Shown: in pieces, positions 45,590-58,262 of the stretch
How positions within the stretch are numbered: the first letter of the stretch is position 1
Layout: every line of letters starts with the position of its first letter
NCBI RefSeq assembly: GCF_009914755.1
Contig: NC_060930.1
Length of the DNA stretch: 64,000 bases
Strand: one strand, 5' to 3'
Source: the human T2T-CHM13v2.0 reference genome, Homo sapiens
Notes under the pieces: model-generated
The model's input: the letters and a program-made list of their open reading frames with translations, nothing else
What the model was told of the DNA's origin: nothing
The model's database searches: none
Made by a program: the position numbers and the translations under genes

Positions 45590-48500
45590 GTAAACCCTCT
45601 TTATTACATACAATTATGTGTGTGTGCATCTGTGCGTATGCTTACTTAAAATTGGATACATATGTGAAATAAAAATTAAAAGCATTAATCATAGTGGTGT
45701 AGGTTTTAGATGATGCTTAGACCTCCACAATAAATTTGCAAGACAATTTGAAATGCTGATGGAATGGCAGAGCCTTTGTCACTTGGATAAGGGGAGTAAG
45801 GAATGTTTCTGCAGTATGTGCTTATTTCGCAGAAATTGATTTATAGTTTCAAGAAGGATCATCTCAGTTTTGACTCTTACCGTGACAGCCTATAAATGCA
45901 GAAATGGCAGACTTAGAAGAGCTATCTTTTTTGATTTTGTAGTAATGGGCTTTGTAACTTTAAGTGAATATCCACAATCTCTGTGTCCTAGAGTTCTCAT
46001 TTAAAAACTGGATAATGTTAAAGTATTGAATAAATAGGATTATTCACCTCTCTTAAATTAATTATACTGTAAATATGGATTTTTATATAATGACTTGTTC
46101 AAAATCGGGTTCTTCCTGTAAATCTGTCTGCCTTAGTATAGATGAGAACTCTTTGGAGAGCAATACTTCAGTCTGCTGCTTTTGTATAACCTTGCCCTGC
46201 CTCCTTTTCCCAGTAACCCCAAACCTATTCCAGGACCACTTCTGTTGTCCCATGAAACATGGTTGCGCAAGCACCGATCTGGGAAACCAACTACCCCCAT
46301 CTCTCATTTCTAATTTGCTTTTGCTCTGATCCTATCTCTGGAACCTTGAACCGGTCTGTGGCCCTTTAGACTTTGTGTTTGCACTTGATCGTTCAGGTAT
46401 TTGAACTTCACATCTCCCCAACAGGCCATTGCTGGGCTTACCTCTCAAATGTTTGGTATTCTAGGCTGTCTTGAATAGAAATTCTTGCTCCATTATTTAG
46501 GCCTCCTGGAATCTAGTCCCTTTTAGTGGCTGCTTGACAAGTATCCTAGCCAAGCCTGCCCTAGCTCATCCTCAGTGGTGAGATTGGGACAATCTGCCTG
46601 TCATTGGAAAAATACTTAGATTTTAGTTGGGTTGGGTTTAATTAAGTGTAATGTGCCAGCACCTCTGAGTTTAGTTTAACAAAAATGTTGCACTGAGGTT
46701 TAGTAGAATCTGGAGAGGAGATTGGGTTTTCAGTTTTAGCTCTGTATGACCTTGAAAAAGCCAGTTAATCTCTTTCGGTCAAGTTTCCTCTGCAGTAAAT
46801 TAGGAATTAATTGAATGCCAAGCGTTTTGCTTGCGCTAACATTCTCCAAATATTCATCTGGATAAGATATGACAGAGAAAGGTTGCTGAACATTTTTGAG
46901 AAAGAAAAACTGTTTCTCAAACTGGTCATGTCAACTACATAATAGCTACCCAAGCTTTGTCAAATTATTTCAATTGCCTAAGTTTTGGAAGCCTTATCTG
47001 TAAAATTGAGGACATTAGAATCTATGTGATAAGGTGGTTTTGAGGATTGAAAAAAATAATAGAGAACACTTAACAAATTGTATTTTTTCTGGCTTTGTGA
47101 CTTACTATGTACAGTGCCATTTTTAATTGCTTTACTCCTTTATTTCCCTTGTGTGTTTTTATCCATTTTCCTCTCAATGGCTTTTTTTAAAAAAAACTGT
47201 CACGTGGATGATGAAATTTGTAAATTTTTTTCAGTTAGCTTTTAACAATAGAGTGAAGTTTCCATCCCTAAGAAATCTGTATTGCTTTAAGGTTTTCTAA
47301 GCAATGAGTTTTAGAAATTAACCTATTACTTGTATTAAGGTAATCAGGTAATTAAGCCATTTAGTGGGTATTATCATCTGAGTTATTTGATAATGACTTT
47401 CAGACCCATCTAATTATCTGGGTAATTGCCATGTATCCAATTCATGTGCTGTAGACAGTTTGATACCTCCCTTAAAAAATAATTTAAATGTCATTTTCTT
47501 TTACTTTATGACCCTTTTTATCTGAGATTCAGAGGTGACCCAATTGATTATATCACTGAAGATTTCTAATTCACTTGCTTCCTACTTAAAATCCAAGTTG
47601 CTTAAGAAATCTGATTAAGAAATTGATTTTTCACAAAATTAGGATATTAGAAAGAACTTTGAATGAATCATGAAATTTTCTCTCACTTCATTCTTTGCCT
47701 ATTTTATCCTACCTAGGCTTCTATGTTTCAGTGGGTAGAGGCATCTAGATTTCCTAGGCTAAAGTTAATTCAGTTAATATAGTCAGCAAATCTATAGAAG
47801 TCAGTTTCTTATCATGGGAACAGGTTTTTGTATGCCTCAATTTTTGCTGTTTTGAAATAAGTTTTCCTGTAAAATCCCCATGATTGCTATCCAGTCAAGT
47901 TACACCCTTCTTCTTCACATTTTTTAGCAGTTGCCAGAATCTTTTTGGTGAAGTTCAAGCCCCTTAAGTTTACCACAAGAGTTTTTTGGTGGTCTGGCCT
48001 CTGCTTTCCTCTCTGGCCATGTCTCATTTCACTCCCACTGCCACTCTTGTTTTCTCCCCAGCCCAAACCACTAGTTGAAGCCTTCACACGCTGGGCCCTT
48101 GTTACTGTTCCCTGTTGCTGGAATCCCTTCTCCACACTGGGCTATCGCATGCTTATATAAACAGAGCACAGACATCTCTGGGTGCAGTAGGGGAAAGAAT
48201 AGAGAACGTACTCTCTGCTGAACACTCTACCTGCATCTTTTTATTTAATTCTTTTATTTTACCCTTTTTAAGATAGTTTTTGTCTCGTCAGTTTACAGAT
48301 GGGGAAATGGAGGCCTGGAGTAGTTAATTCACTTGTTTAGGTCAGTTACTGGCAGGGGTCTCAAAACCAGGCTTTTCTGATATTTAAAATGGATTATCTT
48401 ACACCTGCTATACTGCTGTCTAAAGAGAGAAAACACCTTCATATCAAAAGAGATGCAAGGAAAATTTTACAGGAATTTAGAGGAGGTAAAAATTTATTTC

Positions 48501-51500
48501 AGCTGGAGGGATCAGGAAGGCTTTGAAAAGCAGATGTCATTTGAGCTTCAGGTGCCTGGAAATATGTAGGAGTCTCCATGAATACTTTAGGGAGGAAGGG
48601 AAGGAGAAGGGCTTCCAGAAGAGGGAGTAGCTTAAGAAGGTACAGAGTGTTAAGGGAGAAACAGCAAGTGTCCACTGACATTCTTGAAAATATTATAGTC
48701 ATTAAAACACTTTTGCCTAAGCAAGCTTTGGAAACTTCACCAATGCCTAGTTTGTCCTTTTAAAATGCAAATTCGTATTTGTAGATTAATGTCTCAGCGC
48801 CAGCTGTAAGAACAGGGAGGTGACTAAGTGGCAGTGCAGAGGGACATGGTAGGGCTTCCCATAACTGAGCAGTTTCCCTACCTGAACTTCTAATGATGTC
48901 TGAAATTTACAGAGAATTATTCCTCTGGGTCATAATGTCTTTCGGAGTCTCTCAGTAAAATGCAGATACACTCCTGAGAGGACAGCATCTTATCTAGTAA
49001 GAATAATTGCCAGTTAGCCAAGAGCAAGACCCTGCCTGCAGTAGCAGGCAGAGACCCAACAGTAAAATTCACCGCACTCTTAATACACGGTTTTTGCCTT
49101 GCTTTGATTAATGTTGAAAACAATTTAGTTATCAAACATCTTTGCCCTTAAAACACACTGGTAAGTCGATTCAAATCTCAGTATTGAAGGTAATAAAATG
49201 AAAATAACCTCAACAGTATCTTCTAATGATTTATTATTAAATCAGGCAAATATAGGCAAAAGATCCTTTGACTCTACAATCAAAAATAAAAAAGAGAGTT
49301 GAATCAATTAAAGGTAGTTCAAGCCAAACAAAACATGTGCAGTCCCTTATATATTTCAGGCATAATTGTTTTCTGATTGACCTGGATATATCCACATGCA
49401 GAAAAAGTTAGCAGATGTGTTTTGTTTGCTTAATATTAAATCCCTTTTGTAAAGTTTATAATTTTGACTTTCTTGGTTGTAGAGTGGAGCCACGTGGCAA
49501 GTTTTTATACATATTTTAGCTCTCTAGGTTAAAAGAACTAATGATTTAAAGAAATATAAACAAAGGTGAAATTTCCATCATTCCAAAACCATTTGTAAAA
49601 GCATCACTAATTTCAGAACCTGGGTGTTTTATTGGAAAACATAGTGTTAGGAAATGTATCAGTCTTTCTGGAATTCTGTCTGTAGGACTTCAGTAATGTT
49701 AGCAGGACCTATCAACCTTTGTGGTCTAACATTTTCTATCATAGCAATGTTGTGGAAGACACAGTAAGCCCAAATTGAGAAATCAGAGAAAAATTTGATC
49801 CCTGTATGTTTTTGCATATGACAGAATATTTTGAAAATGTTTTGAGGTATTTAATTTTTGAGATAAGCAACTTTGATAAGAGCAGGTATTCTTTATTTTT
49901 TTTTCAGGCTTATAGTATGCCTTGAAAACTATGAATCTTGTCCCCAGAAAGCTGTATATGCACATATCATAATTTTGCATATATTTTATGGGATTAATCA
50001 ACCCTCAAAGTCCATCTGTGGATCTCTGGCTTACAAGAGTGAACTGTGCCCCGAAGTGACATTGCATCTTTACTTTGTACTTAGACTGTAGGTCAGTTAC
50101 TGGCAATACATTTTAGGAGAAAGAAAAGCTGACTGGGATTGAAGGTTGCATTGTGGGAATCGTTCCTTTTAACTTTGAAAGTATTTGAACCTGAAGCTTC
50201 CAGGTGTCATAGTTCTGAGTTCTGACTTGAAGATTTCACTCAGTGGTGTTTTCTTTCTCAGTCTTTGAAATGGAGGGTGGTTTGCTGTTTTACAGCAATT
50301 TGAAAACTTAAGCCATGGGAGACTTTCTGTTTAATGTAAATGTTTGATGCTATTTCTTACATTTTGTATTTGTCAAATAAGCATAAATTAACATCAGTGA
50401 CATATGATAAAAGTAAAATTACCTGAAGTGCATTGTCAAGCTTGTGCCTATTGTTTTTGAATTTTAATTCAAATTGATTTTTTATCACATTCTTTAATAT
50501 CATTAATTAATAATTATCATGGTAGTTTGTTTTTTCTGCTCTTGCCCAGCAGATGGTACTGTCAGCCTTATTTTGAAATATTCTGTCTTCAAAGTGATCA
50601 TTAAAAACATTTTTTTAAAGATTTCTTTTTCTAAAAGTAAAGTTATTTTTAGCTCTTTTCCTTCTAAATAAACTTTTACCTCTTCCTACATTGACATTTT
50701 GGTATACACACTTGGTATAGTACTCACATATTACCTGGGAACTGGTATCTGGAATACATAGTAGGGTTCGAAGACATTCTCACATTCCTTAACCATTTCC
50801 ACACGTTTAGTCTAGAAACCATTTAATAATTGTGGACTATGCATAGAACATTGTTTAAGGTGCTGTTTTCACCTGATAGAAAGAATAATTATTGATACTT
50901 TTTGTTGAAGAGTTTTCCAACTTGCAGTTTAGAATGTAGTTTAGTAAAATAAATAATTCTATTGGCATGTTGACTAAATCGATTTTTTCGGATTGGCAAA
51001 TGGAGGGCCTTGCTTAAATACTCATAATTTGCTCATAATTTCTGTGAAAGATCTGAAACATCTTACTATCCTTTTGAATTTTGAGCTTTCTAGCTTTTTC
51101 ATCACCTGCTAAAATTAGTGGGTCCCTAATGTTATTCTGTTTTATGGAAAAACAGAAGGAATACAGAAAACTGCTTGAAACCCATGAATGTGTGAGTAAA
51201 CCTCACTGTTTCAGAGAGAACAAGGTCTCCACACGTAGGTAAGCCTTCAACACACACACACAGTACAACCAGGTTGTTGTAGAAACATACTTTATTTGAA
51301 GTGTGCTGTCAGGTGAAAGGAAATTTTCAGTATTTGGAATGGAATGTCCATGAAATCAAGATGCTGTTGCTTTTTAGTGATAAAATCAGCATGTAGCTAG
51401 GAGACTACTTGTTCAGGTCCCAGAGAAATTTCCAGTTATTTTAGAGGGCTACAAGTGAAGATAATGCAGAATTCTAAAGAGCAGTGAAAGAAAGAGGAAA

Positions 51501-51727
51501 TGTGGCACTGGGGTCATGTGGTTCAGGCTTCAGCCTTCTGTGCTCACTTCTTGGATTGTAAGGAGAAGGATGTTCAGGCCATTATTTCTGGCATAGGGAT
51601 ATTCCTTCTCTCTGAACTGGGTGAGCTTGGGCAAGACAAGTTGATTCCTGGGAAAAGAGTAATTCTCCTTTTACTAAACGTGATTTTTAAATAAAAAATA
51701 CGACGTAAGAAAAAATAAGTCTTAGTT

Positions 51728-51730
<3 letters not shown>

Positions 51731-51771
<41 letters not shown>

Positions 51772-51780
51772 TACACACAC
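51731..51780. repeat. (AC)18 plus degenerate extension
   Basis: Directly visible. Confidence 0.95.
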
Positions 51781-52084
51781 AAAGTGTGTTTGAAATGATA
51801 GCCTATCAAGTAAGCTGCCAGCTCTATAGGACAGGGCAGAGCAGGGTCATTGGTATCCTTCAACAGACCTTGCTGCTTTGTTCTGTTCTCCTTCCTTGAA
51901 TTCCAAAATTAGTAAAATGCAAAGGTCTTAGTATTGGTGGGAGGTGTATCAGGATATAATTGTCTAAATTAACTTTTACCATGTAATTAATTTGCTTGAA
52001 GACTATATGTGTCAGCCATTAAATAATTAATGACTTTCCTGAGCACTTTTTAAATTTTGCCTCTTTCTGCTGTGTTGTTGCTAG

Positions 52085-52196
52085 TTTCGGGTAAATGAGT
52101 TTGGAGCCCTGGAAGTTATTACAGATGAGAATGAGATGGAAAATGTTAAAAAAGCAACTGCTACCACCACTTGGATGGTACCAACTGCTCAAGAAG
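52085..52196 (+). CDS. L3MBTL3: L3MBTL3 coding exon, aa 35-71 (RBPJ-binding segment)
   Basis: CTAG acceptor; FRVNEFGALEVITDENEMENVKKATATTTWMVPTAQE; AAG|GTAAGG donor, phase 1. Confidence 0.96.
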
Positions 52197-52489
52197 GTAA
52201 GGATGGGTCATCTGCATTTTATTTCTTGCTTTTGAAAGATTTGAAATAAGAATATCTAAAGTTTTATAATAGGCTGGAACTTTGAAGGCCCCGGGTAATT
52301 TTTGTGCCTCATGTTGTTAGGTAAATTTCTATAATGAAACTGATAGGAGCCAGCATTTATGTTTTAAAATAACTATAAACTGTCTTCTTTCCTAATGCCA
52401 GATCTGTAGTAGCACAAGGTTAGTTGGAAATTAAGTAAATCCATGTTGTAGCCTACACAGGTGATTTAGCCAAAAGCCTGCCACTTTTT

Positions 52490-53525
52490 TTCTCATCTAC
52501 TCCGATGGTTGTAACTAACACCTATATGCTGATGACTCCTAAATCTACATCTCCAGCCCCGACCTCTCCCCCGAGCTCCAGGCCCGTATTTCCACCTGCC
52601 TACTGGACATCTCCACCTGGATGTCCCACAGGTACCTCAAACTCCACATGTCTGAAATGCAATTCATTTTCTATTTCTTTCTCCCCTCCCCACAAACCTG
52701 CTCTTTCTTCTCTAACCCATATTTCAGTTGACAATAGCACCATCCACCCAGTGGACAAGCAAGAAACACAGGAGTCATCCTGAATTTGTTCTTCCCATCC
52801 CCATATCCTGTTACTTATACCTCTTGATTTTTATTTCCTAATATGTCTCAGATCTGGCCTTTTCTATCTATCATCTTTGCCACGGCCTTAATGTAGGCTC
52901 TTCTCAACTCTCATCTGAACTATTGCAGATGTCACTCTACTTCTAATTTTACCCCCTTCCAATTGGTCCTGCACCTTGAAGCCAGAGGAACTTAACGTAG
53001 ATTGCTTATCTGACACTTCACTGATTTCTCATTGCCTTTTTAGCAGAACATACAAAGATCTGGGTGCCTGCACCTACCTGCTCGCCTTGTCTCCTCAGTC
53101 TCTGTTTCCTTCTTTGTATGTTGTGTTCTGGCAGTGCCAGCAGCACAGAATTACGTGTAATTTTCCCAACACATCATGTGGTTTCATGCTTTCTTGCCTT
53201 TACTCATACTGCTTTTTCTGGCTCAAATGCCATTTCTCTCTTTGTCCAGTTGGTAAATTCCTCTTTGGCCTTCAAAACCCTGTTGAGGCTTTCTATCAGA
53301 AAATCCTTCTCTGACCTTACCCCAGGCTGAATGAATCACTTCTTCTGTACTACTTCTGGACCTTGTTTATGCCTCTAGTATTGCATGTATCACATTTTAT
53401 TATAAATACTGGTTTTCTTGCCTCTCTTTTCTTCTAGACTGTGAGCTCTCTTGGGCAAGGTCTCTACTGTCATTATTAATGTCTAGAATAAATTGATGCC
53501 TAATAACTGCTGGCTGAATGAATGA
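52490..53525 (+). mobile_element. L2 (sense) from the RT YADD region to the 3' end
   Basis: Frame from 52522 reads LYADDS*IYISSPDLSPELQARISTCLLDISTWMSHRYLKLHMS; ends CTAGACTGTGAGCTC...GCTGAATGAATGA. Confidence 0.9.
52557..52631 (+). CDS. L3MBTL3: L3MBTL3 75-nt cassette exon, aa 72-96, L2-derived
   Basis: CTCCAG acceptor, CAG|GTACCT donor, phase 1-1; APTSPPSSRPVFPPAYWTSPPGCPT matches the recalled long isoform. Confidence 0.88.
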
Positions 53526-54049
53526 TTAGCCTAACAATTCAGGCAAAAGGAAATGCGAGTTTCTACACAATTTGGATAGCTATGAGTCAGGAAATGTACT
53601 ACATTGAAAGCGTAATAGAAGAGATGTTGATTTAGCCAATTAAGTAAAACAAAATCATTCATCAAAAGATTATAAATGTGAAATAAAAGAAGATCCTCTG
53701 AAATTTTCTGAAAGATACAAATATAGAAGAAGTTTCTATAGATCGATATATGCGTCTTCTGAATTTAGTGACTAGTGAAATTTTCTTCATTTTACTTTGA
53801 ACTCTGTAGAAAAAGCCTTGGGCAAGCTTTTATCCTTTCTGCAGAATATTTTTTCATTATTTGAATGACTTGAGTGATTTTTACAGAGCCCATACCCCCC
53901 GAAAACACTATCATTTGATCATTCATTCATTCAGCAAACACTATTCTTTATTGTGTTGCTAACAAAATTATTAGAAGAAAAAGTTTGATTGTATTTTAGA
54001 ATGTCTTCTGTCATGGTTGTAATTTGCATTTCTTCTTTTCATCTTCTAG

Positions 54050-54209
54050 TCTTTTCAGAGAAGACTGGGATGCCTTTCAGGTTGAAGGATCCAGTGAAAG
54101 TAGAAGGGCTTCAGTTCTGTGAGAACTGTTGTCAGTATGGCAACGTAGATGAGTGTCTTTCTGGAGGAAACTATTGCAGCCAGAATTGTGCTCGGCACAT
54201 CAAAGATAA
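54050..54209 (+). CDS. L3MBTL3: L3MBTL3 coding exon, aa 97-150, FCS-type zinc finger
   Basis: VFSEKTGMPFRLKDPVKVEGLQFCENCCQYGNVDECLSGGNYCSQNCARHIKDK; CxxC...YCSxxC; TAG acceptor, AA|GTAGGT donor. Confidence 0.96.
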
Positions 54210-54901
54210 GTAGGTTTTTGCCCCATTCCATCTATAAATTGAGTTTTAGATTCCAAAGTCATGGTGCCTGAGAATATAGAAGTTTTATGCTCTCGGACAT
54301 TGATCACCTATTGATACCTTTTTCCCAGAGACTTTTCCTTTAGGGCCACATGGGCCCTAACCCCTATATGGGACCTGGTGACGTCTGTCATGCCTGGTCT
54401 GAGTTGTATTACTAATATTCTGCCTGCAAAACAGCCTCTGCCTCTGCCTTCAGTCTTCCATTTCCATTCATTTGATTGTCTTCAGCTAAGAGTATTTAGT
54501 TTTTTCTGGGCTATATACACATTTCGATGACACTGACATTTATAGAAACATAGTTTTGTTTATATTTTGGGAATTCTTAGGTAACTCGGTTAAAACTCCA
54601 CCTACGGCATAAAGCTTCCACTGATTCGTAATCAGCTGAGTGGAAATGGCCATAGGGAAGAGTGTAGTGAGTTGGGTCACTGATGATCTCAAGGTGTGGA
54701 CTGAGGATTATGAGACAGAGGCATCAGCTGTAACTGGTAGTGGTGTGTGACCTTCCCATTTGGGGACAGTCTGACAAAGTTCAGCTTATCACCAAGAAGG
54801 TGTTTTTCTTGCATATCATTGTATACTACAAAGAAATGACTGGGCATTTATATTTTAGTGGCATTTCCCGTGTATTTTAATCAGCACAGGCTTGGGAAAT
54901 G

Positions 54902-55202
54902 TTTTCTTTTTCTTTTTTTTTTTTTGAGATGAAGTCTTGTTCTGTCGCCAGGCTGGAGTGCAGTGGCGCGATCTTGGCTCACTGCAACCTCCACATTCCC
55001 AGGTTCAAGCAATTCACCTGCCTCAGCCTCCCGAGTAGCTGGGACTACAGGCGCACGCCACCACACCCAGCTAGTTTTTTCTATTTTAGTAGAGACGGGG
55101 TTTCACCATGTTAGCCAGGATGGTCTCAATATCCTGACCTCATGATCCGCCTGCCTCAGCCTCCCGAAATGCTGGGATTAAAGGCGTGAGCCACTGCGCC
55201 CA
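54902..55202 (-). mobile_element. Alu (AluSc-like)
   Basis: Antisense full-length Alu. Confidence 0.93.
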
Positions 55203-55659
55203 ACTGGAACTGTCTTGTTTTTCTTGGATAACTGATGTTTCACAATGTTACACTTAGCCTTTTTTCAATTGGATTTGTCATTCTTAATAACTGCTAGATC
55301 CTTGTTTGACCCTGAAAACAAATATCTCTAAATAATCAATTCTTTTATTAGTATAGATGGTAGATGTGACAGACAAATAACTTGTTAGAACCTATTTCAT
55401 ACATATTGCTGGCCCCCTTTTGAAATTAATATATAAGGTAATTTTCATTTTCTGCCCTGACAGACAGATGTCATATGTAATAGTTGTTTTCAGTGTTCCT
55501 GATATATGATATTCTCATGCCTACAGATTTCTCCTGGTAGTTAAAGATTTTTCCTTTGCAGGGTGATTTTTTTTTAATGATTGTTGCATTGATAATCAAC
55601 AAGTAGATGTTTGATAGGTATTGTCTCTTGTCACTATTTTGGGTTTATAAACACAACAG

Positions 55660-55792
55660 AGATCAGAAGGAAGAAAGGGACGTAGAAGAAGACAATGAGG
55701 AAGAAGATCCTAAGTGTAGTCGGAAGAAAAAACCAAAATTATCTCTGAAAGCTGACAACAAGGAGGATGGAGAAGAGAGAGATGATGAAATG
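55660..55792 (+). CDS. L3MBTL3: L3MBTL3 coding exon, aa 150-194 (acidic, basic NLS-like RKKKPK)
   Basis: DQKEERDVEEDNEEEDPKCSRKKKPKLSLKADNKEDGEERDDEM; ATG|GTGAGT donor; phases fit both neighbours. Confidence 0.95.
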
Positions 55793-55839
55793 GTGAGTGC
55801 CTCTGCCTGACACCAGGAGCACAGGGATGCATCTTTAGT

Positions 55840-56000
55840 GGGTAGCATCACAGTCACAAGCACTGCTCTGGAGCCCACTGAGTTCAAATGTGGGTTCCAG
55901 GACTATCTGTGTTAGTGTCAGTAAGTTACATGGCCTCTGTGTGCCTTGCTGTCCTGATCTCAAAATGGGAATCATAAACAATAGTATCCTTCTCAGGGTG
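55840..56000 (+). mobile_element. MIR
   Basis: GCTCTGGAG...GAGTTCAAAT...AAAATGGGAATCATAA core. Confidence 0.65.
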
Positions 56001-56152
56001 AAAAAGTGGGATGTCCTGAAATTTAGTGCTAGGGTGAAAGGGAACATTTAAAAACCTTCAGTCTTGTAGATGAATCTTAAATTCCTCTTGACAACACAAT
56101 GCCAATCTCATTTCATTAAATTGCAGACAGATCTCATAAAACTATCTGAGTG

Positions 56153-56540
<388 letters not shown>

Positions 56541-56639
56541 TCATATTCCTAAAGGCATCTATTAATGGTTTTATAGGAAAAGGGAACTTTGAGATCTGGA
56601 AGTGTTTCCGTTGAGATCGGTATTGTACAACTGTTACTT

Positions 56640-57740
56640 GGGAGTCACTGTTCTAGGAGCTGAGAATACAGGGATGCATAAGACAAATAGATGACATAGA
56701 GTCTCTCCTGGCAGAGACACTGCATTCTTGTTTAGGGGGTAGTTAATCTACAAACAAAATGAACAGGAGAAATGTCACCTAGTGATAAGTGCTACGTTGA
56801 GAATTAAAATAGGGCATTAGGATTGGCTGACTACTTTAGGTTGGGTTGTCAGGGAGCCCTCTCAAAGACGATGGCATGAACAGTGTGATCTGATGAATGA
56901 AGAGGAGTCAGCTATGTGAAGTTGAGAGTGAGGCGTCTTCTGGGTAGTAGAACTTCCAGAGGAAAGTCCTTAAGGTAAGAACTTGCACAGCATGTTTTGT
57001 TCGAGGAAATAAAAGGAAGTCTGGTCACTGGTTTAGGAGAGGGTGGAGTAAGATGAAGTTGAAGAGGTACCTGTGGTCCAGGGCATGTAGGGTTTTATGG
57101 TAAACAAGAGTCGAGGGTGTTCATTGTATTCTGAGTGTCAGGGGAAGCCTCTGGAAAGTTAAGACAAGGGAATGCTTTGATATGATGTATGTTTTAAGTG
57201 ACCACTGTAGCCCTGAGTGGAATCAGGGAAACCAGTTAGGAGTTTATTGCAGTAGACAACGTAAGAAGGCTGAAGATGATGGAAGTCCGTGGATTTGGGA
57301 ATCAATGTTAGAGGTAGGGTTGTCAGAGTGTGTGAGGAAAAGAGAAAAATCAGGGATAAAACTTTGGCTTTAACAATTGGCTGGATAATCCTGTCTCTTA
57401 CTGAGAATGGGAAGATGAGGGTGGAGTGCAGAACACAGAGTCCTTTGGCCATGATGGGTTTGAGATGCTGATTAACCATCCAGGTGAAGATCCCAAGTAG
57501 GCATTTGTCTACAGCCACATGGAGTAAGGAAGAGGAAGCTGAGGGTGTGGATTGGGAGTATCTGGCCTATGTAAGATGACCTTGAAAACCCAGGGAAAGG
57601 GACTAGAAAGAGTAGAGAAGGGAACTGGATTGGAGGAGACATCAGCAGAGGAGACAAAGAGGAGCCAGTAAGGCGTGAGGAAAATCAGAGCAGAGCGGTC
57701 ACGCAGCTGAGAGCAGAAAGTGTTTCAAGGAGCGGGGAGC
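56640..57740 (-). mobile_element. L2 (antisense)
   Basis: Purine-rich antisense L2; minus-strand peptide CLLGIFTWMVNQHLK resembles L2 ORF2. Confidence 0.8.
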
Positions 57741-57969
57741 GGTGTCCACGCCCTTCCAACCGGTAACACGTGGATACAGTCTTATTTTGTAATAACCTCA
57801 GGCCAAAAGCAACAGTTTTCAGATGAACTATATTCTTACTTTCCTTAAAAGTTACAAAGTAAAACTGAAGAAAAGAACAACAGAAAAAGTGCTTTCTGAT
57901 AGCTCTCTAACTATTCACTGGTGCCAATTTCTTGAACTTTAAAGTCATAATTTTCCTTTCTTTTTGTAG

Positions 57970-58054
57970 GAGAACAAACAAGATGTAAGAATCCTGAGGG
58001 GTTCGCAGAGAGCACGGAGGAAAAGACGAGGGGATTCGGCTGTACTAAAGCAGG
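57970..58054 (+). CDS. L3MBTL3: L3MBTL3 coding exon, aa 195-223
   Basis: ENKQDVRILRGSQRARRKRRGDSAVLKQ; TGTAG acceptor, AGG|GTGAGC donor. Confidence 0.95.
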
Positions 58055-58262
58055 GTGAGCTGATGAAAATAAAGTCTTACTTGTAACTTTATGAAATTGG
58101 AAATGGTTCACACAGGTGGAAATTTTAGTCATGCCACTTAAAGTATTACTTCAGGATTTTCTTTGATTCAGTTTGGTCAATAAAGATTTGAGATTTTGAG
58201 GATAAGGAAAAAAATGAAAATTCTTAACTTTCAAGTGGTTTCAGGGTAAGCATGAGAACTGT

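Noticed and set aside
52505-52783. 92-aa ORF as an independent gene or active RT
   Set aside because: Only 52557-52631 is exonic; the RT frame has a stop two codons after YADD and the L2 is 5'-truncated.
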